Shown here piece by piece: positions 50,137-60,201 of a stretch of DNA of 64,000 nucleotides. Each line of letters starts with the position of its first letter. The first letter of the stretch is position 1. The notes beneath the pieces were generated by a model, which saw only the letters and a list, made by a program, of their open reading frames with translations, was not told the origin of the DNA and did no database searches. Source of the stretch: a candidate division WOR-3 bacterium (GTDB taxonomy: Bacteria; Hydrothermota; Tepidihabitantia; SM23-42); contig JAOUFJ010000002.1 in the NCBI GenBank assembly GCA_029858255.1, positions 10,637 to 74,636 of the forward strand, read 5' to 3'. A program made the position numbers and the translations under genes.

Positions 50137-50559
50137 ATGAGTTCATCCGGCAAGGCTCTGCTCTACATACTCGTGATCACGCTCGCCGCATTTCTGATAT
50201 CGATAATATTCATGTATACCCGCGAAAACCCTGAGGCGATACGCAAGAAGAACAGTAGTATGCGCGTCGAAGTTCTTAACGGGTGCGGTGAGAACCGGTT
50301 AGCAATCAAGGTTGCCAACGTACTCAGAAGAAAGGGGTTCAATGTAGTCAAGATCGGTAATGCCACACAGTCTGATTTCGAGCAGACAGTTGTGATCGAA
50401 CGCAGCGTGGATGATTACAGCAACGCGAAATATTTTGCCAAACGGATAAAATGCAAATATATCGGTAAAGATATCGACCCTGCGCTACATCTGGATGTAA
50501 GCCTGATTCTCGGTCGTGATTATTCAGAGTATTTTGCCGACGTCTCTGAGAAATTTTAG
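50137..50559 (+). CDS. LytR_C-domain membrane-anchored protein
   Basis: 140 aa with an N-terminal TM helix and VEVLNGCGENRLAIKVANVLRRKGFNVVKIGNA typical of LytR C-terminal domains. Confidence 0.45.
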   Translation: MSSSGKALLYILVITLAAFLISIIFMYTRENPEAIRKKNSSMRVEVLNGCGENRLAIKVANVLRRKGFNVVKIGNATQSDFEQTVVIERSVDDYSNAKYFAKRIKCKYIGKDIDPALHLDVSLILGRDYSEYFADVSEKF

Positions 50560-50569
50560 GAGAAATCGA

Positions 50570-50908
50570 GTGAAAAGTGAAAGTGCGTCACTAGTCAAGA
50601 AACTTGCCAATATGATCGATCAGAAAAAGGGTGAGGACATCGTTGTTTTCGATTTGCGCGACCTCTCCCCTATCACTGATTACTTCGTCATTTCAACTGG
50701 GCTTTCCGATGTGCACGTCAAGACGATCGCCGAACACATCATGAAATCCGAATCACCCCAGCATGCAGAAGGACTGGAAGCAGCCTCGTGGGTACTCCTC
50801 GATTTCATAGACGTCATAGTCCACGTTTTTTCAAAGGACGCACGAGAGTTCTACGGGTTGGAGCGATTGTGGGGTGATGCACCGGTCGTGGAATACAAAA
50901 GTGATTAG
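50570..50908 (+). CDS. rsfS: ribosome silencing factor RsfS (Iojap)
   Basis: GTG 50570 with a GGAG RBS, and conserved DIVVFDLR...DYFVI.TG.S..HV....I sequence. Confidence 0.8.
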   Translation: MKSESASLVKKLANMIDQKKGEDIVVFDLRDLSPITDYFVISTGLSDVHVKTIAEHIMKSESPQHAEGLEAASWVLLDFIDVIVHVFSKDAREFYGLERLWGDAPVVEYKSD

Positions 50909-52472
50909 GGAAGACCTCAGAAAAATACTCAAAGAAGAATTCCCCGGTGAGGAAATCATCATCGACTATGTTCCAAGAGGCAAAGATGGCGACTATTATA
51001 CAAATCTCGCGTTCAAGATCGCCTCGCGTGAAGGAGCAAACCCAATGGATGTTGCCAACAGCATCGCCAGCAAAATACAAAACCCTATCATAAAAGAAAT
51101 TACCGTCCATCATCCCGCATTTATCAACTTCACTCTCGACGAAAAATACCTGCATGAACAAATATCAAAGGACATGGAGCTCAATATCGGTGAAGGCAAA
51201 AAGGTTTTGGTTGAGTATGTAAGCGCGAATCCGACCGGACCCATAAACGTTGTGAGCGCGCGGGCAGCAGCCGTAGGTGATTCTCTTGTGAGAATGCTGA
51301 GAAAAACGGGTTTCCGCGCATATGCCGAGTATTATGTCAATGATGTGGGGAAACAGACCGATCTTCTTGCCGAAAGCGTCATTCAGCGCCGGATTGAACT
51401 CTCGGGCGGCGACGCCCACATACCGGATAATGGCTACCATGGTGAATACCTACGAAAAGTTGCAGAGGAAGTCATTGCCCGGGGTCTTGAAAGCTACGAA
51501 GATATCAAGAAGTATTGTATTGATTACTTTGTTAAGGATCACCAAAAGGTAATGCGTGATTTCGGAGTGGAATTCGACGTCTGGACACTCGAGTCTGATT
51601 TGTACAAGTCGGATTATATTGATAAAGCCTTAAAGGTTCTCAATGAAAAAAACCTGACTTACACGGAGGACGAGGCGCTATTCTTCAGAACAACGGCCTT
51701 TGGAGATGACAAGGATAGGGTAATCGTCACATCTGATCGACGTAACACCTACTTGCTGCCCGATATCGCCTATCACCTCAACAAGCTGGAGCGTAATTAT
51801 GATCAACTCATCAATATCTGGGGGCCTGATCATCATGGACGAATAAAGGGAATATTAGGCGGCATACAGGCACTCGGATTCAATCCTGGAATGCTTCGAA
51901 TTTTGATCGTCCAGGAGGTAAAAATAAAGGAGCATGGTAAATCGGTGACCATGTCAAAGCGTGCAGGGACTTTTGCCTCGCTCAGCGACCTGCTCCAGAA
52001 GATAACCAGAGATGTGGTCCGCTTTTTCTTCCTGATGCGATCGTCCTCGCAACACCTCGATTTCGATATCGACCTTGCCATGAAGCAATCGGATGAAAAT
52101 CCAGTTTACTACGTGCAGTATGCGCATGCGAGAATCCGAAGCATCGTCAGGTTCGCAGCGCAGAAGGGCATCGAGCTGCCGGACAGAGTGGAGGCATCTC
52201 TGTTGAAGGAGAACGAGGAATTTGAACTCATCAAAGATATATTGAAATACACAGAGGTCCTCAGTGATGCCGTTCGCAACCTGGAACCATACATGATTGC
52301 CTACTATCTGATCGAACTCGCCCGTGATTTTCATTCGTTTTACCAGAAACACCGTGTTGTGACCGATAACACAACACTCACCCAGGCGAGACTTTATCTC
52401 ATCAATAAAACAGCGCTGACAATAAAAGAGGGACTAGAACTACTCGGAGTATCATGCCCCGAGGAGATGTGA
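50901..52472 (+). CDS. argS: arginine--tRNA ligase
   Basis: Arg_tRNA_synt_N, a class I catalytic core (SANPTGPINVVSAR, KMSKR-like MSKRAG) and a DALR anticodon-binding domain. The GTG start overlaps the rsfS stop. Confidence 0.85.
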   Translation: MIREDLRKILKEEFPGEEIIIDYVPRGKDGDYYTNLAFKIASREGANPMDVANSIASKIQNPIIKEITVHHPAFINFTLDEKYLHEQISKDMELNIGEGKKVLVEYVSANPTGPINVVSARAAAVGDSLVRMLRKTGFRAYAEYYVNDVGKQTDLLAESVIQRRIELSGGDAHIPDNGYHGEYLRKVAEEVIARGLESYEDIKKYCIDYFVKDHQKVMRDFGVEFDVWTLESDLYKSDYIDKALKVLNEKNLTYTEDEALFFRTTAFGDDKDRVIVTSDRRNTYLLPDIAYHLNKLERNYDQLINIWGPDHHGRIKGILGGIQALGFNPGMLRILIVQEVKIKEHGKSVTMSKRAGTFASLSDLLQKITRDVVRFFFLMRSSSQHLDFDIDLAMKQSDENPVYYVQYAHARIRSIVRFAAQKGIELPDRVEASLLKENEEFELIKDILKYTEVLSDAVRNLEPYMIAYYLIELARDFHSFYQKHRVVTDNTTLTQARLYLINKTALTIKEGLELLGVSCPEEM

Positions 52473-52571
52473 TGACCAGAGGGCTTAAAAAGACGAGAGA
52501 AGGCTTAGAAATGGCCATGGAGGCGACCGCTTACTGCCCTTTCGAGCCTACATCAATACAAAGGAGGTTTC

Positions 52572-53039
52572 ATGAACCTTGCAAGTTTGCTGTCAAAGGA
52601 TAGGGTCAACCTATCTCTAAAACCTGGAAAAAAAGATGACGTCATAAAGGATCTTGTATACACAATCAAAAAAGGAAATGATGCAGAGCTTATTGTTTCT
52701 ACACTCTTGAAAAGAGAAGAATTGGGTTCAACCGGCATTGGCAAAGGTATCGCCATACCTCATTGTCGTTCACTGGCTGTAGAAAAACTTGAAATCGCGA
52801 TCGGTCGAACAAATAAGCCCATCAATTTCAATTCCATCGATAAAAAACCGGTTTCTCTGGTATTCTTGATCATCGCTCCCCCCCAGGATCCCGGCAATCA
52901 GTACCTGATAACGCTCGGGAAGATCGTACAGATCGCAAAGGAGATAACTAAGAAGAACCTGATCCAAAAAGCAGAAACACCGGAGGAATTCATAACTTTG
53001 ATCAATGACGTCGAAAAGAATCTCACAAAAAGGAAATAG
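52572..53039 (+). CDS. ptsN: PTS IIA-type nitrogen regulatory protein (EIIA-Ntr, PtsN-like)
   Basis: 155 aa with a PTS_EIIA_2 fold and the phosphorylatable His in GKGIAIPHCR. Confidence 0.7.
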   Translation: MNLASLLSKDRVNLSLKPGKKDDVIKDLVYTIKKGNDAELIVSTLLKREELGSTGIGKGIAIPHCRSLAVEKLEIAIGRTNKPINFNSIDKKPVSLVFLIIAPPQDPGNQYLITLGKIVQIAKEITKKNLIQKAETPEEFITLINDVEKNLTKRK

Positions 53040-53041
53040 AA

Positions 53042-53386
53042 ATGCCAGACATCATTGAAATGCATTTGAAACTGCTATTCGATCTGGACAATTTGATTGC
53101 TGACATGGAGGAACCTAGTTACAAGAAAATAGGTTTTCAGCTCGAGGAGGAGGCAAGTCTTGTATTGATCCAGAAGCGAAATGATTTACTCAAGAAACTG
53201 CCCAAAGAGATCGCGCAAGCCTACGAAATTCTAAAGAAAAGATATCACCAGGCAATCGCACCTGTGGAAAGTGAATTTTGTCTGGGATGCTTTCAAAAAC
53301 TGCCAACCCAGTTGTCAGCGCGTACTCAGGAGATCGTCACGTGCCCGAATTGCGGTAGAATATTGTACTGGCGAAAGAAAGAATGA
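53042..53386 (+). CDS. hypothetical coiled-coil protein with a C-terminal C4 zinc ribbon
   Basis: 114 aa with CLGCF...CPNCGRIL. Confidence 0.35.
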   Translation: MPDIIEMHLKLLFDLDNLIADMEEPSYKKIGFQLEEEASLVLIQKRNDLLKKLPKEIAQAYEILKKRYHQAIAPVESEFCLGCFQKLPTQLSARTQEIVTCPNCGRILYWRKKE

Positions 53387-53507
53387 AGAGGCGATCTTTT
53401 TTGTCGCAGGGGTAACTCCTCGGGTCCAGATTCAATTGTCATTGTCGTAGTTTCATAATACGTGTAGTAACAGATATTTTTTCCTTTGTCTATAAGGTTA
53501 TCTTTAC

Positions 53508-54134
53508 TCAGTTGTTCGACGCAGGCGTATTTCCGTAGTCTCTGAGCACTATTGAGTTAGCGCCCGAAGAATCAGTGTACTTCACGAACCGGTGAGGATA
53601 ATCCTGCTCAATAAAAAAATAGAACTTACGGTTCATAAAAAATATCCGCGGCTTCATTTTGATTACCCAACACTCAAAAGTTCCTACCGGCGTTTGGACG
53701 ATCGTGTCACCCTCAACGTCAAGGTCAGCATTGACAATCATAAATTCTGGTATGTGCAGCCGAAAACGGTGTTGAACCCCGGGCTCATAAACGAAACCGC
53801 GCAGGGCAAAATCCAGTGTGTGGCGGTCATATACAGGTCTGCTGTCTTGATACCGGAATCGACGCCCCTTGAAGTGAACATCGAAACCGCCGTTTTTTGT
53901 AATGAGTAACTCCGTCTTGCCTTTGACGGTCTTTTTGGCGTATAGAGTACTGAGATCATGTGTGTCTAACCGGATTTCGATAACCCTGTCTGAAGTGTAT
54001 ACGATATTATAGCCAGTGCTATCAAGATTTGAAACTACATTGATGCTGCCGATCTTTCCGTTATCATTTGTTTCGTATATCATCGATTCATGTCCTGGAA
54101 GGATTTGGAGGAAAACAATGAGCGCTACAACCAA
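53508..54134 (-). CDS. hypothetical secreted protein
   Basis: 208 aa with a signal peptide. No motif recognised. Confidence 0.3.
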   Translation of the reverse strand: MVVALIVFLQILPGHESMIYETNDNGKIGSINVVSNLDSTGYNIVYTSDRVIEIRLDTHDLSTLYAKKTVKGKTELLITKNGGFDVHFKGRRFRYQDSRPVYDRHTLDFALRGFVYEPGVQHRFRLHIPEFMIVNADLDVEGDTIVQTPVGTFECWVIKMKPRIFFMNRKFYFFIEQDYPHRFVKYTDSSGANSIVLRDYGNTPASNN

Positions 54135-54212
54135 TGAAAATCAACTCCTTCTATGCTCAAAACCATTACTGACCTTACTACAATATAGCCATCTATGGTC
54201 ATATTCTACGTT

Positions 54213-54905
54213 CTACTTTGTACTCTCGCGCGATACTTGATCGACGATATCAAGGAGATGAATGATATCCTCGACCTCGTAGTCGGCGCCCGAGTTCTCC
54301 GTCCCGAACCTATCACCATAGCGTGCAAAGACTGTCCTCATTCTCAGTAATTTGGCTCCGTAGATATCACGCTCCGCCCAATCACCAACCATGATCGCCT
54401 GTTCAGGTTCAACCTGTAACTTTTGCAGAGCCAGTCTGAAAGGTTCAGGTGCGGGTTTCCTTTTGTTGGTGTCTTCGAAAGTGATGACGATGTCGAAGAT
54501 ATTATGGAGGTTCAATTGACACAACCTCAACCACGCTTGCAGGCGCGGTGCATCACTCAAGACTGCAAGTTTGATCCCCCGTTTCATCAGTTCCATCAGC
54601 ACTAATTGAACGTGTGGATAGAGCACAAGAGCAGCCTCACGTGCCCGACGATAACCAATTATCCCGGCAGCGTGGATCCGGTAATCAATCATACCGAGCT
54701 CACGGGTGAGGAATTTATCGAATACCCTCTGGTCTTCGATGCCTTCTTCTTCATAAATTTCATAAATTTTCGCTACCGCGTCTTTTTTGGACATCTTCAA
54801 TCCAGCATCGATCATTGCGAGCGCAGCACCTTCAATTGCCCTGTCCTTCATCACCATGAAGTCAACAAGCGTGTTATCGAGATCGAATATTATCGCCTTT
54901 ATCAA
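54213..54905 (-). CDS. HAD-superfamily hydrolase (phosphatase)
   Basis: MIKAIIFDLDNTLVDF motif I, and motifs II-IV present. Confidence 0.7.
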   Translation of the reverse strand: MIKAIIFDLDNTLVDFMVMKDRAIEGAALAMIDAGLKMSKKDAVAKIYEIYEEEGIEDQRVFDKFLTRELGMIDYRIHAAGIIGYRRAREAALVLYPHVQLVLMELMKRGIKLAVLSDAPRLQAWLRLCQLNLHNIFDIVITFEDTNKRKPAPEPFRLALQKLQVEPEQAIMVGDWAERDIYGAKLLRMRTVFARYGDRFGTENSGADYEVEDIIHLLDIVDQVSRESTK

Positions 54906-55912
54906 AGTCTCTCCCTGAACATTCCTGCGGCTTTCTCTGGTGCAATATGGTTTATGTAGAATCCTGTTCCAAGTTCAAAGCCAGTAGTACGATACATCCT
55001 CGGTGTGATCTCAATGTGCCAGTGATAGTCAGACTTGATCGTTGTCCAGTAGTTTGTCCTGGGCAAAAGGTTCGGGCTATCACATAGAATGAGATTGAAC
55101 GGAGGATCATTCAAAGCATCGTACATCGTCTTGCACACTTTTTTCAGCACCCGGGACAGATCCATGATTTCGTTCTCGTCGATAAGTTTGTACGTGAATG
55201 CATGACGTTTCGGTATGATCAGAATCTCGAACGGAAACCTCGAAGCGTATGGAGCGATTACGACAAAGTACTCGCTCTGGGATATAAGACGATCACCCAT
55301 TTCGATTTCCTGCTGGATTATGTCACAGAACAAACACCGTTCTTTGTAGCTGTAGTACTCCTGCGCTCCGCTTAACTTCTGTTTGACCCGGACCGGGGTT
55401 GCCGGCAAGGCGATCAAATCGGAATGAGTATGAACCATTGTCGAAGCTCCCGCGAGCGAACCGTGGTTCTTGAAAACAAGGATATACCGCATTCGTTTGT
55501 CTTTGTGTAAATCATCTATCCTTTGTCGGTAAGTATTCATGACAAGCGATATCTGCTCTTCGCCAAGCTCAAAGAAATTCGTCACGTGCTTGGGTGTCTC
55601 CACAATGACCTCGTTGGCTCCTATACCAGTCACCATGTCATATACCCCAACGCCGTGCTTCTCGAGTTCACCTTCGACGCGGAGTATAGGATTGATGTTA
55701 GGAATGACACGCAGCTGCCATCCAGGGCTATTTGGAGCGCCTTTTGCGCGTACCGCATATATCTCGTTCGGAGTGCGGGTTTCATTACCTTCACAAAACG
55801 GACAATCGCCAGACACCACTGAATCTCTCGGCGGCAACTCGGGGATTCGATCATTTTCCGTGTCGATTATGACCCACGTATCAGTGACGATATCTCTTCT
55901 GACCTCAGACAT
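54902..55912 (-). CDS. galactose-1-phosphate uridylyltransferase family protein, paralog 2, with a variant active site
   Basis: 336 aa with a CPFCEGNE zinc site. The nucleophile motif is VHTHSD (HxHxD) instead of HxHxQ. It overlaps the HAD phosphatase by 4 nt. Confidence 0.6.
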   Translation of the reverse strand: MSEVRRDIVTDTWVIIDTENDRIPELPPRDSVVSGDCPFCEGNETRTPNEIYAVRAKGAPNSPGWQLRVIPNINPILRVEGELEKHGVGVYDMVTGIGANEVIVETPKHVTNFFELGEEQISLVMNTYRQRIDDLHKDKRMRYILVFKNHGSLAGASTMVHTHSDLIALPATPVRVKQKLSGAQEYYSYKERCLFCDIIQQEIEMGDRLISQSEYFVVIAPYASRFPFEILIIPKRHAFTYKLIDENEIMDLSRVLKKVCKTMYDALNDPPFNLILCDSPNLLPRTNYWTTIKSDYHWHIEITPRMYRTTGFELGTGFYINHIAPEKAAGMFRERL

Positions 55913-55985
55913 CTACTCCCTCCTTTTCAGTAACCTGCTGCAGAATATCGCATATGCTATACTTCAATCCAGTCACATATTAATA

Positions 55986-56621
55986 CTAACCAGATTTTGC
56001 CCAGTGTCCAGCTCTTCGGTGGGCGAATCTGAGCGGCTCAGGTATTCTGTACTCTGTCGTCGCCAGCACCATCCGACGACAATCGCGTAGATTCACAAGA
56101 TGACCCGGCGACACGAACAACGGTTTTACATTGCTGCGCGTCCTGATGACCAGTCCGATATTCCTACCATCTTTTTCCAAGTACTCGTACGAACCGCGTA
56201 CTCTGCCAGGCATACTGTAACTACCAAATAGATGCGACTTCGCGCAGCCAATCGTCGGCAAACCTAACACAACACCAGCATGTGATGCCAAGCCGAGTCC
56301 CCTTGGATGAGCGATCCCCTGACCATCGACCATGATCAGTTGCGGCTTGATCTTCAACCTATGGTATGCCATGACTATGACTGGAAGTTCGCGGTAGGAA
56401 AGAAAACCGGGCACGTAGGGCATCTTCTCACGCATGCTCGCATGTCTTTCTTCTTGCAGGTTGAGTTCTGGGAAAGAAAGGACACATATCGAACAATAGA
56501 GATACCCCCGTCTGCAGGCAACATCCGCGCCCGCGACTGATGCAATATTTTTCTTCAATGGGGTTATTCTTACCCGACCGGCGAGCTGAATCTGTTTCTG
56601 CGTCAGTAGGGCAATTCTCAA
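55986..56621 (-). CDS. nfi: endonuclease V
   Basis: AGADVA...PYVPGFLSYRELP...MVDGQGIAHPRGLGLASHAGV..GLPTIGCAK. Confidence 0.8.
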   Translation of the reverse strand: MRIALLTQKQIQLAGRVRITPLKKNIASVAGADVACRRGYLYCSICVLSFPELNLQEERHASMREKMPYVPGFLSYRELPVIVMAYHRLKIKPQLIMVDGQGIAHPRGLGLASHAGVVLGLPTIGCAKSHLFGSYSMPGRVRGSYEYLEKDGRNIGLVIRTRSNVKPLFVSPGHLVNLRDCRRMVLATTEYRIPEPLRFAHRRAGHWAKSG

Positions 56622-56627
56622 CGGGAC

Positions 56628-58454
56628 TTACTCAACCGTCACGCTCTTTGCGAGATTCCTTGGCCGGTCGACATCAAGTCCTTTCAGTGTTGCAATATGG
56701 TAGGCAAGCAACTGTAGTGGTACTACGGAAAGTATGGGCGAGACATACTCGAGACATTCCGGGATCAGTATCGTATGCTTACTGACTCCTCGGGTACGTC
56801 GATCACCTCTGGTCACGATACATATCGGAATGCCCTTGCGCGTAATGGCTTCCTGGATGTTATTCAACATCTTATCATAGACGCTCGAACGCGGGTTGAT
56901 GCAAACAATGGGCATCTTGCTGTCTATCAAAGCGATCGGGCCGTGCTTCATCTCACCTGCAGCATACCCTGTCGCATTTATGTAGCTGATCTCTTTTAGC
57001 TTGAGCGCACCCTCAAGCGCAGTCGCGTAGTTTAAACCACGACCGAGAAACAAGAAATCACGTGAATTGCAGAAGATCTCAGCGATCTCCTTTATTTGAC
57101 TGTCGAGTTGGAGGATCTGCTCAACCTGTGCCGGTACCTTCTTCAATGCCGCGAAGTGTCCGGCCAAGTCTGTTTTGCTGACGAATCCTCTCAACAGGCC
57201 CAGATAAAGAGCTAGAAAATACAGATTCACTATCTCCGCTGTATAAGCTTTGGTTGATGCAACACCGATCTCCGGACCAGCCATAATTTCGATGATCCCG
57301 TCCGACTCGCGATGAATACTCGATTGCACAACATTGACCAGAGATAATACCTTGAGAAATTTTACCTTTGCTTCGCGCAGACCGGCAATTGTATCAGCTG
57401 TCTCTCCGGATTGACTGATTGCCATCACGAGAGTATCGCTATCCAGCACTGCATCGCGGTACCGAAATTCGCTGGATATATCTACTTCGGTATGGATCCG
57501 TGCGAATTTTTCGATCAGATATTTGCCGACAAGACCGGCGTGCCAGGACGTGCCGCATGCCTGGATGACAATTCTGGATATCTTTTTCAATTCATCTTCT
57601 GATAGACCCAGATCCTTGCCAGGATATATCCGGCTGTCCACAATCCTTTCTGTCACGATGTTGTACAATACTTTTGGCTGTTCGAATATTTCCTTAAACA
57701 TGAAATGAGGGAAGTGCCCCTTGTCGATATCCCCCACCTCAATAGACACCTTATGAGGAAGAATTCTTATTTCCTTCCCTTGAAAATTCGTTATGTTACA
57801 CTTGCCTCTACCCAACACAACTATGCTATCGTTGGGAATATAGATTACCTCGTCAAAAATACTCACTACTCCTGATATATCAGAAGCTACTGCGGCCTCT
57901 TTTGTGTTGTAGCAACAAATCAACGGTGCGTCATGCCGCGCACACACCAGTCTGTTTTGCTCGCCAACGCTGATGACTGCAAAGGCGAAATTACCGCTCA
58001 ATCTCCGAACAGTGAGCCTGACAGCTTCCACCAAACCTCTTTTCAGATTTTCTTCAATGAGATGGACGATTACCTCAGAATCGGTCAATGACCGAAAAAT
58101 ATGCCCCTTCTCCTCAAGTTCATCTTTTAACGCAACATAATTTTCGATGATGCCATTGACCACAAGAGCCATCTCCTCATTGCAATCCAGTAACGGATGG
58201 GTATTGTTTTCCTGTGGCAATCCATGTGTCGCCCACCTTGTATGCCCGACACCGATTGTACCGTGGACCGGCTTGCGCTTGATCAACTCTTCGAGTTCAC
58301 TAAGTTTGCCTGGTACCTTTCTGACTATTAACTCGCCATTACTTATCACCGCAATGCCACTCGAGTCATATCCCCGGTATTCGAGTCGCCACAAACCTCC
58401 CAGCAATACGCTCGGGACATCACGACTTCCGACATAGCCAATGATCCCACACAT
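56628..58454 (-). CDS. glmS: glutamine--fructose-6-phosphate aminotransferase
   Basis: 608 aa with MCGIIGY (N-terminal Cys nucleophile) and two SIS domains. Confidence 0.9.
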   Translation of the reverse strand: MCGIIGYVGSRDVPSVLLGGLWRLEYRGYDSSGIAVISNGELIVRKVPGKLSELEELIKRKPVHGTIGVGHTRWATHGLPQENNTHPLLDCNEEMALVVNGIIENYVALKDELEEKGHIFRSLTDSEVIVHLIEENLKRGLVEAVRLTVRRLSGNFAFAVISVGEQNRLVCARHDAPLICCYNTKEAAVASDISGVVSIFDEVIYIPNDSIVVLGRGKCNITNFQGKEIRILPHKVSIEVGDIDKGHFPHFMFKEIFEQPKVLYNIVTERIVDSRIYPGKDLGLSEDELKKISRIVIQACGTSWHAGLVGKYLIEKFARIHTEVDISSEFRYRDAVLDSDTLVMAISQSGETADTIAGLREAKVKFLKVLSLVNVVQSSIHRESDGIIEIMAGPEIGVASTKAYTAEIVNLYFLALYLGLLRGFVSKTDLAGHFAALKKVPAQVEQILQLDSQIKEIAEIFCNSRDFLFLGRGLNYATALEGALKLKEISYINATGYAAGEMKHGPIALIDSKMPIVCINPRSSVYDKMLNNIQEAITRKGIPICIVTRGDRRTRGVSKHTILIPECLEYVSPILSVVPLQLLAYHIATLKGLDVDRPRNLAKSVTVE

Positions 58455-58602
58455 CGTGCAATTGTATATACGGCTGGTGTTTTGTCAATAGAAGGCTGGA
58501 AAATAACGTGAATGTAAAGGACCTTGACTTTCTATGAACACTGGTTATCCTTGTCCATATTCAACGGGGTAAATTACACGAATATAAAAAACTCGGCCAT
58601 AT

Positions 58603-59580
58603 ATGAAGGAGAATAGTACTCGCATCTTGAGAAAACAGCCGGTCATGCGGCGAATGATGCTTGCCATGGTACCCTGCATAATGGCATCGATATATTTCTT
58701 TGGCTGGCGGTCCCTTTTTATTGTACTCACATCATGTTTTATTGGTTTCGCCACGGAATACGTTTTCACACGCCGGCACAACGAACCCGTCACAGAAGCC
58801 GTATTCGTTTCTGCTATCATATACGCGCTCATCATGCCGCCAACGATACCATGGCATATACTGATCTTCGGTATGGTGTTCGCAATAATGTTCGGAAAGA
58901 TGGTGTTCGGTGGTTTTGGCTTCAACGTCTTCAATCCGGCGATGGTTGGCCGTGCGTTCTTATACATATGCTTTCCCGTCGCACTCACCGCGACGTGGGC
59001 ACCGGCTGCACAGGGCATCTGGGGCGCGCTGGGCACCTGGAGTACGGCGCTTAACCCTAATGCCATCACGGCCGCGACCCCGATGGCCCTGGTCAAAACA
59101 GGAGAAGCAGTATCACCAGCCCTGACCGCTCTGCTGCTGGGTAGATTGTCAGGTACCATGGGCGTGACCAGTGCCATAGCAATAAGCGTCGGTGGCCTCT
59201 ATGTTTTCATTACGAAAACGGCGAATCGATGGATCATCCTTACGGTGATCATCACATACGTTCTGGCAAACGGCATACTCTTACTACTGAATGTGAAAGC
59301 GTCTCCGGGTATTTTACCGGCACTGCTCGGTGGCGGTTTTCTCTTTGGCGCTTTCTTTATGGCAACCGATCCAATTAGCGCACCAAAAACGAAGAGAGCG
59401 CGCATAGTATATTCCGTGGTTATCGCGGGCACTACAGCCATTATCAGAAATTTCTCGGTCTTCAATGGCGGATTCATGTTCTCCCTGCTCATCGCAAATA
59501 TGTTCGCACCGATTCTGGATTATGCCTTCAAGAATCGAACTCACAGCATAAAGAGCAAGGAACTGACCGGACAGCGCTAA
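58603..59580 (+). CDS. nqrB: Na+-translocating NADH:quinone oxidoreductase subunit B (NqrB/RnfD family)
   Basis: GGFGFNVFNPAMVGRA motif in a polytopic membrane protein. Confidence 0.75.
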   Translation: MKENSTRILRKQPVMRRMMLAMVPCIMASIYFFGWRSLFIVLTSCFIGFATEYVFTRRHNEPVTEAVFVSAIIYALIMPPTIPWHILIFGMVFAIMFGKMVFGGFGFNVFNPAMVGRAFLYICFPVALTATWAPAAQGIWGALGTWSTALNPNAITAATPMALVKTGEAVSPALTALLLGRLSGTMGVTSAIAISVGGLYVFITKTANRWIILTVIITYVLANGILLLLNVKASPGILPALLGGGFLFGAFFMATDPISAPKTKRARIVYSVVIAGTTAIIRNFSVFNGGFMFSLLIANMFAPILDYAFKNRTHSIKSKELTGQR

Positions 59581-60201
59581 ATGAATCTGAAGGACAAAGC
59601 GTGGTTTCCAGTGATCTACATGTTCATGCTTACCCTGATATTGAGCACCGTTTTGATCATATTTGGTACGATCACACGTAAAAGGGTCAAGGAAAACGAA
59701 GCGATCGCCTTTGAGCGAGCGGTGATACAGTCCTTGCCGGTCGAAATCGCGGGTACAACGGCGCCATGGCAAATACATCAGATCTATCTATCCAGTATCC
59801 GCGAGGCCGATGAAACTAGTGCAGGGGCGTTCAGGTATGTAAAAGGAGATTCAATCAAAGGCTACGCCCTGCCTCTGGAAGGCCCCGGCTTCTGGGCGCC
59901 GATCAAAGGGGTGATCGGCTTCGAGCCCGACGCGATGACCATAAGCGGTATCGCATTCTATGAGCAGAACGAAACGCCGGGACTCGGCGGAGAGATCACA
60001 AAAACCTCATTCCGCGAGCAATTCGTGGGCAAAAGAATATCACAAACAGGCACGCCGCTCCAGATTCGTGGTCCAACCGAACCGCTCGATGAGAGTTCTG
60101 TACATGCAATAACCGGCGCAACCCAGACAAGCAATAGACTGGCGAAATTCATGAATGAAAATATCAGCCAGTGGCGCGCACGAATGGCGGAGCAAAAATG
60201 A
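59581..60201 (+). CDS. nqrC: Na+-NQR subunit C (FMN-binding)
   Basis: N-terminal TM helix and FMN_bind motif ITGATQTS. Confidence 0.75.
   Translation: MNLKDKAWFPVIYMFMLTLILSTVLIIFGTITRKRVKENEAIAFERAVIQSLPVEIAGTTAPWQIHQIYLSSIREADETSAGAFRYVKGDSIKGYALPLEGPGFWAPIKGVIGFEPDAMTISGIAFYEQNETPGLGGEITKTSFREQFVGKRISQTGTPLQIRGPTEPLDESSVHAITGATQTSNRLAKFMNENISQWRARMAEQK

Noticed and set aside
53387-53507. Possible bidirectional terminator between the zinc-ribbon gene (+) and the hypothetical secreted protein (-)
   Set aside because: There are T-rich runs (cttttttgtcgc, tattttttcc) but no convincing GC stem. I left it unannotated.
58455-58602. Possible glmS ribozyme in the glmS 5' region
   Set aside because: The intergenic region is only ~148 nt and is shared with the nqrB promoter. 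No glmS-ribozyme core sequence was seen, and the ribozyme is mostly a Gram-positive feature.
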